64,000 nt of DNA from an uncultured Bacillota bacterium. Lineage in GTDB: Bacteria > Sysuimicrobiota > Sysuimicrobiia > Sysuimicrobiales > Segetimicrobiaceae. The translations under genes were made by a program, and so were the position numbers. Positions 22,233 to 31,760 of the stretch are shown here, in pieces (the stretch's first letter is position 1; the number at the start of each line of letters is the position of its first letter). The stretch covers positions 256,001 through 320,000 of the forward strand of contig CAWDRG010000017.1 of assembly GCA_963804645.1 (NCBI GenBank), written 5' to 3'. The notes under the pieces were generated by a model. It was given only the letters and a program-made list of their open reading frames with translations. It had not been told where the DNA came from and ran no database searches.

Positions 22233-22667
22233 TCACCCGGATCGCGCGGTGCCGAGCACGTCCAGCGCGGCTTGCGCGCACTCCTTGTCCTTGTCGGCGC
22301 GCCCCCCGCTCGCGCCCACCGCGCCCAGCACCTGGTCGCCGCGGCGGATCAGCAGCGCCCCCAACGCGGGAATCAGCGGCAACCCGCGCAGGATCGGCAG
22401 GGCGTTCAGCTGCTGAAAATCCATCGGCCGCTCCACGGCCACTTTGGCGATGTAGTCCCCGTCGCGATGCCACAGGGCCGATCCGACCGCCTTCGCCTCT
22501 GCGACCTGCAGCGCCCAGGGCAGCGTCCCGTCCATCCGTGCGGAGGCGATCGGCAGCCCCCCCTCGTCGACCACGATCACCGCCACCTTAATCTCGAGCT
22601 CCTTCGCCCGCGCAATCGCCGCCGCGATCATGTGTTGCGCCTCGCCCAACGTCACCGGCACGCGCAT
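22233..22667 (-). CDS. GlcG/HbpS (DUF336) heme-binding family protein
   Basis: VAVIVVDEGG...RMDG..VAEAKA..GAVGASGG...DKECA. Confidence 0.85.
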   Translation of the reverse strand: MRVPVTLGEAQHMIAAAIARAKELEIKVAVIVVDEGGLPIASARMDGTLPWALQVAEAKAVGSALWHRDGDYIAKVAVERPMDFQQLNALPILRGLPLIPALGALLIRRGDQVLGAVGASGGRADKDKECAQAALDVLGTARSG

Positions 22668-22737
22668 CCCTCCTCAGTCCGTGCGAATCGTCCGCCGTCA
22701 CGTGTGTCCGCCCCGTGCGTCTCCCGCACTCGTACCG

Positions 22738-23463
22738 TCACGACCCCCCATTCACACGCAGGTAGGCCCCGTTGGTATAGCCGGCCTGCTCCGATGCCAA
22801 ATACCGGATCGCGTGGGCGATGTCGTCGGGTTGACCCACGCGCCCCACGGGCGTATTGGCCAGCATCTTCCACCGCTCGGGGCTGATGCTGGCGTTCATC
22901 GGCGTATCGGTGGCACCGGGCAGGACCGCGTTGACCGTGACCCCCCATTTGCCAGCATCCCTGGCGATGGAGCGCACGAGGCCCAAGAGGCCAGCCTTGG
23001 CGGCGGCGTAGTGCACGTGATTGGTGCTACCCGTCTCCGCGTTCTGCGACGAGATGCACACGATCCGTCCGTATCCCTGCTCCTTCATGTACGGCAGCAC
23101 CGCCTGGCTGGTCAAGAACGCGCCCTTGAGATGGACGTCGATCATGCGGTCCCACTCGGCCTCTTCCAGTTCGAGGATCGGCGCATTCTTGGCGTAGCCG
23201 GCTCCGCTCACGAGAATGTCGACGCGGCCGAACTTCGCGATGCCGGCGCCCACGGCGTTCAGCACCGACTGGCGGTCCGCCACGTCCACGCGCACGCCGA
23301 GCGCGTCGCCCCCCTGGCCGATGATAGTCTGCGCGGTGTCGCGCGCGCCCGACTCGTTGGCGTCCATCGCCACGATGCGGCACCCGTCCTTCGCCAGCAG
23401 CAGGGCCGTGGCCCGACATATTCCGCTTGCGCCGCCCGTGAGAAATGCAACTCGCTCCGTCAT
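22738..23463 (-). CDS. short-chain dehydrogenase/reductase (FabG-like)
   Basis: TGGASGI, YAAAK, VNAVLPG. Confidence 0.92.
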   Translation of the reverse strand: MTERVAFLTGGASGICRATALLLAKDGCRIVAMDANESGARDTAQTIIGQGGDALGVRVDVADRQSVLNAVGAGIAKFGRVDILVSGAGYAKNAPILELEEAEWDRMIDVHLKGAFLTSQAVLPYMKEQGYGRIVCISSQNAETGSTNHVHYAAAKAGLLGLVRSIARDAGKWGVTVNAVLPGATDTPMNASISPERWKMLANTPVGRVGQPDDIAHAIRYLASEQAGYTNGAYLRVNGGS

Positions 23464-23527
23464 ATCTCCCTCCCTCGTGAGCTCATGCCGCCGTATCCCG
23501 CGGCGGCCCCAGCGTGGATCCAGGCGA

Positions 23528-25297
23528 TCATGGGTTGGTGGGCGGGGCGGTCGACCGCGGCCGCGCCGCGGCCATCAGCGGCGAGCGCAGGTCGACGAAC
23601 GTCTCCGCCATCGAGGTCTCCACGTCGACGACCGCCGCCGTGCCGGCCGCGGTCGCGCGCCGCAGCGTCGGGATGAGCTCCGCTGGCGTGCGCACGCGAA
23701 ACCCCTCGCATCCGATGGCCGTCGCGATCTCCGCGTAGTTGAAGTTCTGCAGGGCGGTCTTGAACTCGGGTTCACCCCGATCGCGCTGCCCGTGCATGCT
23801 CCAGCCGAGCGCACCATTGTTCAAGACGATGACGGTGATGGGAATGCGCTCCTCGACGGCGGTTAGCAAGCCCGCGAGGGACATTCCCAATCCCCCGTCG
23901 CCACACACGGCCACCACCACGCGATCGGGGTGGCACACTTTCGCGCCCAGGGCTGCCGGAATGGCATAGCCCATCCCGCCGGCCGCCGCGGACTGGAGAT
24001 AGACGCCCGGATCGCGTGTTTCGAAGTAGCGGCACATCAGCAGACGATTTTCGCCGGCGTCCGCGCACACGATCGCCGCGTCGGGCAGCGCCCGCCGCAG
24101 GTCCGCGATCACGCGCTGAGGGTGCAGCGGCGCGGCGGTCGAGTCCGCGTGCGAGGCGACCGCGGTCTCCCAGCGGGCGCGCCAGCCCTGCAGCGCGGCC
24201 CGCCGGTGTTCCAGGATCCTTGGGGCGACGGGACCGTCCCGCAGCGCGGCGGCGAGCGCCGCCAGGGCGATACGGGCATCGGCGATCACGATCGTCTCGG
24301 CGGGGAACGTCCACGAGGCGTTGCGCGGCTCCACGTCGATCTGCATCAATCGCTGCCGCACGGGATCGAGCAACTTCGGGTGTTCGTTCGCGGTATCGCT
24401 CGGACCCAGCTTGCTGCCGACGACGAGCACGGTGTCCGCCTGCGCCAGCACATCGTTCGCCAGCGGCGACCCGAAGTTGCCGAAGACCCCGGCGGCGAGG
24501 GCGTGGTTCTCCGGGAAGCATCCCTTCCCGGCCGCAGTCGTAACCACCGGGGCCGCAGTCAGGGACACGATGTCCTGCAGCGCGCGCTGCGCTCTGGCGG
24601 TGCGGACGCCGCCGCCGACGAGGACCACGGGGCGCTCCGCATCCCGCAGCGCCTGCGCCACCGTTGACATATCGGGCGCCGCGGGCACCGGCGCCGCGAG
24701 GTACGCGTCGGTCGCATACAGGCGCGGCACCGAGTGCGGTCCCACGTGGCCGGCCAGCGCCGCGGAGTGGTACAAGAGCGCGACCGGACCGGGTTGGCCC
24801 GCCCGCGCGTGCTTGAGGGCGAGCTGGGTCGCCTGCACGGCCTGCACCGCTTCATGCGGCTCGAACACCGCCTTTGTGATGCCCCCGAACGCGCGCCGCG
24901 CATCCCAGCTGCCGTACTCCCCCGTGCCCGACTGGTAGGGTGCGTGCTGCGAGAATGGACTGCCGTCGCTCAGATCGCTCAGCAGAATCAGCGGGGTGCC
25001 CGCCAGCAGCGCCTCGAGCGTCCCGACGACCCCGTGGCCGAGCAGCCAGCTCCCCTGCCCGATCGCGACGCCGGGGCGGCCCGACACGCGCGCATAGCTC
25101 TCCGCTGCCACGGTCGCCAGCGCTTCATGACGCACGAGCACTGTCCGGATCGAGCCGTGAGCGGCGAGCGCCGCGAAGATTCGGCCGGTGTTGCCGCCCG
25201 ACATCCCGAACACCGCGTCAATCCCGGCCTCCTCGAGCACTCGCACAATCGCTTCCGGCACGGACACCGGCGCATCGAACAGCGGACGAGCGCTCAT
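23528..25297 (-). CDS. thiamine diphosphate-dependent enzyme (acetolactate synthase-like)
   Basis: VRHEALA, PGPVAL, GGMGYAIPAALGAK, GDGGLGM...LNNG; AAGGAGG RBS, start MSARPL. Confidence 0.9.
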   Translation of the reverse strand: MSARPLFDAPVSVPEAIVRVLEEAGIDAVFGMSGGNTGRIFAALAAHGSIRTVLVRHEALATVAAESYARVSGRPGVAIGQGSWLLGHGVVGTLEALLAGTPLILLSDLSDGSPFSQHAPYQSGTGEYGSWDARRAFGGITKAVFEPHEAVQAVQATQLALKHARAGQPGPVALLYHSAALAGHVGPHSVPRLYATDAYLAAPVPAAPDMSTVAQALRDAERPVVLVGGGVRTARAQRALQDIVSLTAAPVVTTAAGKGCFPENHALAAGVFGNFGSPLANDVLAQADTVLVVGSKLGPSDTANEHPKLLDPVRQRLMQIDVEPRNASWTFPAETIVIADARIALAALAAALRDGPVAPRILEHRRAALQGWRARWETAVASHADSTAAPLHPQRVIADLRRALPDAAIVCADAGENRLLMCRYFETRDPGVYLQSAAAGGMGYAIPAALGAKVCHPDRVVVAVCGDGGLGMSLAGLLTAVEERIPITVIVLNNGALGWSMHGQRDRGEPEFKTALQNFNYAEIATAIGCEGFRVRTPAELIPTLRRATAAGTAAVVDVETSMAETFVDLRSPLMAAARPRSTAPPTNP

Positions 25298-25373
25298 CGG
25301 ATCCTCCTTCCCGTGCTGTACCAGTCGACGTGAGGCGAACCGATCGGTCAGACGGCTCACCGAATCCCGATAC

Positions 25374-25389
25374 TGGATCCTTGGATCCA
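25374..25389. promoter_or_regulatory. palindromic operator, probable GntR site (copy 2)
   Basis: TGGATCC-TT-GGATCCA, same motif as 20293-20310, upstream of the ThDP-SDR-GlcG-LLM operon. Confidence 0.6.
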
Positions 25390-25466
25390 TTCTCGTCCCG
25401 CGCGCGCGCCCCCTCCTCGCTCCGATCCCGAACAATGCGGTCTGATGCCGCGGACGTGGGGGCTCG

Positions 25467-26840
25467 CTAGTCGGCGGTCAGCCGGCCGAGATTCGCCAGG
25501 ATCTCGGCCACGTTGTCCACTGTGTCAAAGGTCCAGAAGGCCTGCTTCAGCTCGCGACACAGCCTGACGTCGTTCGCTGAGGCGCACAGCGCATCGCATT
25601 TCTCGTTCACCTCGTCGTCGGTCAGCGGGTCTTTCGCGTGGCCGTGGGGCACCGCCGCCTGCCCCTCGACGACCGCGCCGGACCGGAGCCGAATGACGAT
25701 CCGGGTGTTCAGTTCGGCGGGAAACCGCTCCGAGAAGTCCGCCCGCTCCGCGATCGAGATCCGCTGCATCAGCCGCCGGAGCGCCGGATCGGCGATCCGC
25801 TCGTCGGTGAAGGAGGTCGGCGTGATGCGGCCATCGAGGAGCGCCGCCGCCAGGAGATACGGGAGGCTGTGATCGGCCGTCTCCCGGGTATGCGGGTCCC
25901 ACTTCGCCGGCTCCATGCCGATCTCGCTGTACGCTAGCCAGTACGTCTCGACATGAATGTCCTCGATCTCGTCGACCGGCGCGCGCGTCCGAAGCCCGAG
26001 GATGACGTCCAGCGCGCTCTGCGAGTTGTACTCGGCGGGATAAAACTTCAGGCTGCTGGACTCCGCCGCAAACGGCCGGGCGTGCGGCAGCCGAAGGTCC
26101 AGCGTGAAGGGTCCCGTGATGAGATCCATGATGCCGTCCTTGCCGACGAACGCCGCGGTCGGCCCCGTCATCCCCTCGCGCGCGAGCAGCGCGGCGAAAA
26201 TTCCGTTCCGGTTGGCCGCGGCGGTCGCGCTGCCTTTCCACATCGACAAATGACCGACCCGCGTCTGCCGCGTCGCGATGTTGGACGTGACGGCCACGGA
26301 GGCCGCGTGCGCCAGCTGATCCCGCGAGAGGCCGAGGAGCTTCCCCGCCCCCATCGCCGCGGCGACCACGGTGAAGGTGCCCTGGTCCCACCCGCGCTCG
26401 CGAATGCGCGTGACGCCGGCCAGCGCCGCGCCGATCTCGTATGCCACGACGATGCTCAGGAGCACGTCCAGACCGCGTGCGCCGAGGCCTTCGCCGACGG
26501 CGAGCGCGGCGGGGATCAGGTCGCTGGGATGCTGCCCGCCGCCCCGCGGCGTAAAGTGCATGTCGTTGTAGTCGAGGAACCGCACCATGACGGTGTTCGC
26601 AAATGCGGCCAGCTCGACGGTAGTCTTGGGCCGGAGGCCGACCGCGGTCGCCGACAGCGCACCCTGGGACTGACTGGCAAGCCGTCTCGCGATGCGGGCG
26701 GGGGCGCTGCCCCGCCCGCCCACGATGCACCCGAACGAGTCCACCAGCCGGCGCTTCACCTCGTGGATTGCCGACGCGTCCAGGGCCTCGACGGTCAGCC
26801 CCTCGACAAAACCGGCGATGCTCTGGGTCACCTCATCCAT
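25467..26840 (-). CDS. MmgE/PrpD family protein (2-methylcitrate dehydratase-like)
   Basis: RFLDYND, HPSD, RVGHLSMWKG, ETADHSLPY. Confidence 0.9.
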   Translation of the reverse strand: MDEVTQSIAGFVEGLTVEALDASAIHEVKRRLVDSFGCIVGGRGSAPARIARRLASQSQGALSATAVGLRPKTTVELAAFANTVMVRFLDYNDMHFTPRGGGQHPSDLIPAALAVGEGLGARGLDVLLSIVVAYEIGAALAGVTRIRERGWDQGTFTVVAAAMGAGKLLGLSRDQLAHAASVAVTSNIATRQTRVGHLSMWKGSATAAANRNGIFAALLAREGMTGPTAAFVGKDGIMDLITGPFTLDLRLPHARPFAAESSSLKFYPAEYNSQSALDVILGLRTRAPVDEIEDIHVETYWLAYSEIGMEPAKWDPHTRETADHSLPYLLAAALLDGRITPTSFTDERIADPALRRLMQRISIAERADFSERFPAELNTRIVIRLRSGAVVEGQAAVPHGHAKDPLTDDEVNEKCDALCASANDVRLCRELKQAFWTFDTVDNVAEILANLGRLTAD

Positions 26841-26900
26841 GGCGCGTCGTCCTCCGTCTCTGTCCCGGCGCGCCCGTCCCGCCCGCGGCGCACCGAGCCG

Positions 26901-27584
26901 TCACGGGTGGATCTCGGTGCCGGCCTCGCGCAGCCGCTGGTCGACATCGATGCCGCCGACCTGCCGCCCAGCCGCCGAGTCGGCCCGCCACGCGACCTCT
27001 CGCTCGACGATCTTCCGCCAGGCCGCGTACACGTCGTCCGCGTCACCGCGCGGAATCACCACGATCCCTTCCGCGTCGGCGACGACGAGGTCCCCGGGGT
27101 TCACGACGACCCCGCCGCACGCGACCGGGTAGTTCACCTCTCCCGGTCCCGCGGTGGCGCCCGCCATCGGACAGATCGCCCGGGCAAACACCGGCAGCGC
27201 CAGCTCACGCGTCTCGGCGACGTCCCGCATGCCGCCGTCGACGATCACGCCTGCCAATTTCTTCTGCGCCGCAAACAGGCTGCGGTTGCCGCCCCACAGG
27301 CTCGCGCTCACGGCCCCGCGTCCGTCCACCACGAGGACGTCGCCCGCCTGCGCGAGCTCCATCGCCTTGAGAATCAGCGACGACCCGCCGGCCGGCAGCT
27401 TCACCGTCACGGCGGGCCCCACGCACTTCGGCATGGGCGCGTAGACGGGGAAGAGGTCGCGCATCGCGCCGCTCTTGTTCATCGCGTCCGCGAGGTCGGG
27501 CGGACTCGCCTCGCGAAACCGAGCGATCAGCTCCGGGCTCGGTCGGTCGATCGTCAAGCGCACGCGGTTCCCCACATTGGCCAT
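26901..27584 (-). CDS. RraA family / HMG-CHA aldolase-like protein
   Basis: LADAM, GPAVTV, GDVLVVDG, LWGG, DGGMRD, PGDLVVADAEGIVVIP. Confidence 0.88.
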   Translation of the reverse strand: MANVGNRVRLTIDRPSPELIARFREASPPDLADAMNKSGAMRDLFPVYAPMPKCVGPAVTVKLPAGGSSLILKAMELAQAGDVLVVDGRGAVSASLWGGNRSLFAAQKKLAGVIVDGGMRDVAETRELALPVFARAICPMAGATAGPGEVNYPVACGGVVVNPGDLVVADAEGIVVIPRGDADDVYAAWRKIVEREVAWRADSAAGRQVGGIDVDQRLREAGTEIHP

Positions 27585-27984
27585 GCGGTCACGCTCCTCG
27601 CGCGGTGGTATGTCGACTGATGCACCGTCGAAACGAACGAAGGCACCTCGGACCTGCGGGACGGTTCGTCGGACGGTCGACGCGGGCCGCGATGCGCCGC
27701 CGGCGGGCGTTGCACCAGCGCATCCGGCGCCTGGAGTTCGCGGCAAGACGCGCCGCTCCCTGCGCGGGGGACCAGAGGCCGGCCGCAGGAAGCCAGAAAC
27801 GCCGAGTGGAAACCGTCAGTGATCGGTCGCGATCTCCTCTCCTCCAGCGTGCGGCGCCGCGCGGCAGCCCCGGACGCACCGCGCCGTCAACGGGACGCGC
27901 CGCTGTGGACCACGCGCCGCATCCGCGCCGGTCCCGGCGCCGCAGCAGGAAGGCCGCGCAGCCAACGCACAGGAGGTCAACGAC

Positions 27985-29649
27985 ATGCCGCGCCTCACCG
28001 GCAAGCGCGCGTTACTGGAACAACTCGTCGCGGACGGCTTTCGCTACCTCTTCGGCAACCCCGGCACCACCGAGCAGCCGTTCATGGACCTGCTCCAGGA
28101 CTATCCGCAGCTTGAGTTCATCCTCTGCCTGCACGAGGGCGTCGCGATCAGCCTGGCCGACGCGTACGCGCGCGCGACGCGGACACCGGCGTTCGTCGAG
28201 CTCCACATCGCCCCCGGGCTCGGCAACGCCGTCGGCATGCTGTTCAACGCCAAGGCCGGGCAGTCGCCGCTCGTGGTGTACGTCGGCCAGAGCGCCAGCC
28301 GGGCCCTGTTCCAGGAGCCGCTGCTCTCCGGCGACCTCGTCGAGATCGCGACGCCGGTCGCCAAGTGGGCCTACGAGATCAACCACGCGGCGGACCTGCC
28401 GCAGGCGGTGCGGCGGGCGCTGAAAGTCGCCGATGAGGCGCCGCAGGGCCCCGTCGTGCTCTCGATTCCGATCGACGTGATGGACCAGGAGGCGGACGTC
28501 GCGATCCAGCCCTCCAGCTACACGCGTTGGCGCGCGCATCCAGACCCGGCGGCGATGGACCAGGCCGCCGACCTGCTCGCCGGAAGCAGCCGGCCGATGA
28601 TCCTCACCGGCGACGGCGTGGCCCTGTCGGACGGACAGGACCAGGTGACCCGGCTCGCGGAACTCCTCGGCGCCCCGATTTATCAAGGGTATACGACCGA
28701 GGTCAACGTCGACGCCGCGCATCCGCTCGTCGTCGGGACCCTCCCGTTCACCAACGCCGCGGCGCCGGAGTCCACCGGCCGGATCCTGGCCGACCACGAT
28801 GTCGTGCTGGCGCTCGGCGTGCCGCTGTTCCGCTTCATCTTCCCGCGGCACGGCGGGCTGGCGCCGTCGGACACCAAGATCATTCAGATCGACCTGAACG
28901 GCTGGGAGATCAGCAAGAGCCTGCCGGCGGCGCTCGGCATCAAAGCGGACTGCGGAGCCGCGCTGCACGCGCTGCTGGAACGGCTGCAGTCGCGCGCGCC
29001 GTCGGGTGCGGCGGAGCGCGCCGCCGCCATCACCGCCGCCACCCGTCAGAAGCGTGAACAGGTCCTCGCCCACGACCGCAAGACGTGGGACAGCTCCCCC
29101 ATCTCCGTCGCGCGCCTCATGAGCGAGATCGCGGATGTCCTGCCTCCCGATGCCGCCGTGTTCGACGAGGCGATTACCTCGAGCGGCGTGCTGCAGCGGT
29201 ACGTCATCCCCCGCCCCGGCCGGTATTTCCGGGCGCGCGGCGGCGGACTCGGACCGGGCCTGCCGGGCGCCCTCGGGTTGAAGCTCGCGATGCCCGACCG
29301 GCCGGTCGTCGGCGTGGTCGCGGACGGCTCCGCGATGTACAGCGTCAGCGCGTTCTGGACCGCGGCGCACCACCGCATTCCCGTCACCTGGGTCATCTGC
29401 AACAATTCGAGCTACCGGATCTTGAAAGAGAATCTCATCGACTATCTCGGACCGTCGCATGGGACGCGGAAGTTCGTCGCGATGGATCTGACCGACCCGC
29501 CGCTTCGATACGATCACATCGCGGAGTCCATGGGCGTGCGGGGCTGGCGTGTAGAGCGGCCGGACGACCTCCGCCCGGCGCTCGAGCAGGCCTTGGCGCT
29601 CGGCGCGCCGTCGGTGGTCGACGTGGCCATCCAGCGCGAGGTACGGTGA
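27985..29649 (+). CDS. ThDP-dependent enzyme, benzoylformate decarboxylase-like
   Basis: FGNPGTTEQPF, HEGVAISLADAYA, LHIAPGLGNA, ADGSAMYS...CNNSSY. Confidence 0.9.
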   Translation: MPRLTGKRALLEQLVADGFRYLFGNPGTTEQPFMDLLQDYPQLEFILCLHEGVAISLADAYARATRTPAFVELHIAPGLGNAVGMLFNAKAGQSPLVVYVGQSASRALFQEPLLSGDLVEIATPVAKWAYEINHAADLPQAVRRALKVADEAPQGPVVLSIPIDVMDQEADVAIQPSSYTRWRAHPDPAAMDQAADLLAGSSRPMILTGDGVALSDGQDQVTRLAELLGAPIYQGYTTEVNVDAAHPLVVGTLPFTNAAAPESTGRILADHDVVLALGVPLFRFIFPRHGGLAPSDTKIIQIDLNGWEISKSLPAALGIKADCGAALHALLERLQSRAPSGAAERAAAITAATRQKREQVLAHDRKTWDSSPISVARLMSEIADVLPPDAAVFDEAITSSGVLQRYVIPRPGRYFRARGGGLGPGLPGALGLKLAMPDRPVVGVVADGSAMYSVSAFWTAAHHRIPVTWVICNNSSYRILKENLIDYLGPSHGTRKFVAMDLTDPPLRYDHIAESMGVRGWRVERPDDLRPALEQALALGAPSVVDVAIQREVR

Positions 29650-29721
29650 CGTCGCGGGCGCGGACCCAGGCCCGGGGATAGACCCTCCGGTGCCCCGGGA
29701 GATCCCGGCGATCGCCGGGCG

Positions 29722-30993
29722 CTAGGCGTCCTCGACGTAGGCCACGGCATCCAGCGCCACAGAGCACCCGTCGGCCGGCAGCGGCGACGGGATGACCACG
29801 ATGCAGACGACCGGGGGCGCGCTCGGCACCGCCTTCCGGAGGGCCGCGTACACCGCCAGCGCGTCCACCGGCCGACTGACGAGCGCCCGCAGCCGCAGGA
29901 GATTGCCCAGGGCGGTGTGACCGTTCCGGCAGGTCACGCCGATCTTCTCGATGATGTTGTCGAGTTCGCGGGCCGCGCCGCCGCCCCGATGCGCGGGATC
30001 GGCGACCTGGCTCGAGATCCAGAGCAGCGGTCCCACGCGCATCCCCGCCGACTGATATCCGAAGCCGTCCCCGGGACCCGGCACGGCGACCCTGGCCGCC
30101 CCGCGGCCGGGCACGAGGCAGCGAAACTGCGCTTCCATGCGCAGCGCCCCCTGCTCGTGCCCGAACGCGCCCTCACGCCGGGGGTTGGCGAGCCCCCGGA
30201 TCGGGATCACCGTCCGCGTCGGCGCCGGCTCACCGAGCGCGCTGCGAAACACCAGGTCGAATTCGTAGAGGTCCCCGGGATCGGCCAGAAACAGCGTGTA
30301 GTCGACGATGTCGCCAAGCGCGGCGCCCGCGATCGCCAACCTCGCCTTCATCACTTCGACGCCGTATTCGGCCTCGCCACGGATCTCGCTGCCGCGCCAG
30401 TTCCAGTCCTCGGTCCGGACCGACGGGTGAATGCCCGTCTTGCTGTCCGTCGGATAGTACGTCGTAAACACGTACGGCCCCGCCGACACCATCTCCGGGA
30501 ACTGGCCCCCCGGCTTGCTGGGATCCCGGCCGGGGAACTCCTTGACGAATCCGGCGCGATCGGGCACGATGCCCAGCCCGGTGACGCTGACGACCGCCCC
30601 GCCGGGGAAATACTCACCCACCTGCGCGGTCGCCCCCACCGGACGCGACGTGTCCATGAACCCCGGCCCGAGCGCCTCGCGAAAATACCCGTCGGTGTGC
30701 GCTTTGAGTTTGACGTATTGCTCCAGCTGCACGAGATCGTGCAGCGACGACCCGATCTGGGGCAGCAGCGCGCGGTAGCGCTCGAAGATGAATCGCGTCT
30801 GCATCCTCGACTCCGCCGCCGCGGACCCTTCGTACGGCGGCCGCGGCCTCGCGGCCTCCGCCAGACCGCCGTGGTCGTCCATCGCGGTGCCGGCGAGAAA
30901 CACGTACCCGCCGCCCGCGGCGACCTGCGAGCAGTACACACCTCCGGCGTCGATGGGTCCGACCACGGTGCGACGACCCGACCGTGTGCTCAT
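29722..30993 (-). CDS. hypothetical protein with three tandem RidA/YjgF-like domains
   Basis: Three repeats: SQVAAGGGYVFLAG..GSSLHDLVQ; EMVSAGPYVF..GAALGDIVDYTLFL..PAPTRT; SAGMRVGPLLWISSQ..TALGNLL..VALDAVAY. Confidence 0.65.
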   Translation of the reverse strand: MSTRSGRRTVVGPIDAGGVYCSQVAAGGGYVFLAGTAMDDHGGLAEAARPRPPYEGSAAAESRMQTRFIFERYRALLPQIGSSLHDLVQLEQYVKLKAHTDGYFREALGPGFMDTSRPVGATAQVGEYFPGGAVVSVTGLGIVPDRAGFVKEFPGRDPSKPGGQFPEMVSAGPYVFTTYYPTDSKTGIHPSVRTEDWNWRGSEIRGEAEYGVEVMKARLAIAGAALGDIVDYTLFLADPGDLYEFDLVFRSALGEPAPTRTVIPIRGLANPRREGAFGHEQGALRMEAQFRCLVPGRGAARVAVPGPGDGFGYQSAGMRVGPLLWISSQVADPAHRGGGAARELDNIIEKIGVTCRNGHTALGNLLRLRALVSRPVDALAVYAALRKAVPSAPPVVCIVVIPSPLPADGCSVALDAVAYVEDA

Positions 30994-31097
30994 GTCACCA
31001 CACCTTTCACAGGGATCGCGCCGGCGCGTGCGGGCTGGACGTCGCGGCGGCGCCGCCGTCGGGTCTCAGGGCTCCACGGGCGCGGGGGCGGTGCCGC

Positions 31098-31673
31098 TCA
31101 CGCCTTCCGCGGCGCGCGGGGATCCGCGGCGAGATCTGCCACGCTGCGCGGCTCACGGTCAATGGGGGCGTCCAGCTGCTGCTCCGCCTCGGTGTAGCCG
31201 AACTGCGCGCCCGGAAAGCCAATGAGCCGCCACCCGAGCATCCCGCGGTTCCCGCCGTGGATCGGATCGCCGAACAACCCTTCGCGGAGATGCTGCCAGA
31301 CGATGGGAAAGAAGTCCGCGGCGTCCGTGTCCCGCAGTTCGTCCAGCTGCCCCCGCTCCAGCCTGCCGATGATGGCGTCCCGCGGCTCCGGCGCGAGATC
31401 GGCGAACCCCCGGCCGTGCTCGTGTGCGGCGACCGCGTCGAGCGCGGCGAGGGCCCGCCGGTAGACGGGAAGCAGGTCCCGGTACGGCCCCGAGAACGCC
31501 CGCGTCATGTAGTCCACGACACCGATCTCGACGGCTCCCGGGCCGAGGTCGTCTCGCGGAAACAGTCCGTCGACGAGCGCGGACAGCGCCGCCGTCTCCG
31601 GGCCCGTCAGCGGGTCCATCGAGTGCGCGGGGTCATGGGGCGCGGCCCCCCTCGGTCTGGACGTCTCGCTCAC
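31098..31673 (-). CDS. gluconate 2-dehydrogenase subunit 3 family protein
   Basis: LFPRDDLGPGAVEIGVVDY, EGLFGDPIHGGNRGMLGWRLIGFPG. Confidence 0.88.
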   Translation of the reverse strand: MSETSRPRGAAPHDPAHSMDPLTGPETAALSALVDGLFPRDDLGPGAVEIGVVDYMTRAFSGPYRDLLPVYRRALAALDAVAAHEHGRGFADLAPEPRDAIIGRLERGQLDELRDTDAADFFPIVWQHLREGLFGDPIHGGNRGMLGWRLIGFPGAQFGYTEAEQQLDAPIDREPRSVADLAADPRAPRKA

Positions 31674-31760
31674 CGTCTCGCTCCTTCCACGTCAGGGCTC
31701 ATCGACCCGCGATGCTCGCGTGTCGCGGCATTCCCTCGCGCCCGAATGGGCGCGCCGCCG

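Noticed and set aside
27585..27984. Riboswitch or ncRNA in the 400-nt divergent intergenic region
   Set aside because: No TPP (CTGAGA) or other aptamer consensus recognised; the GACGGTCGA similarity to the 33.56-kb region is too short to support
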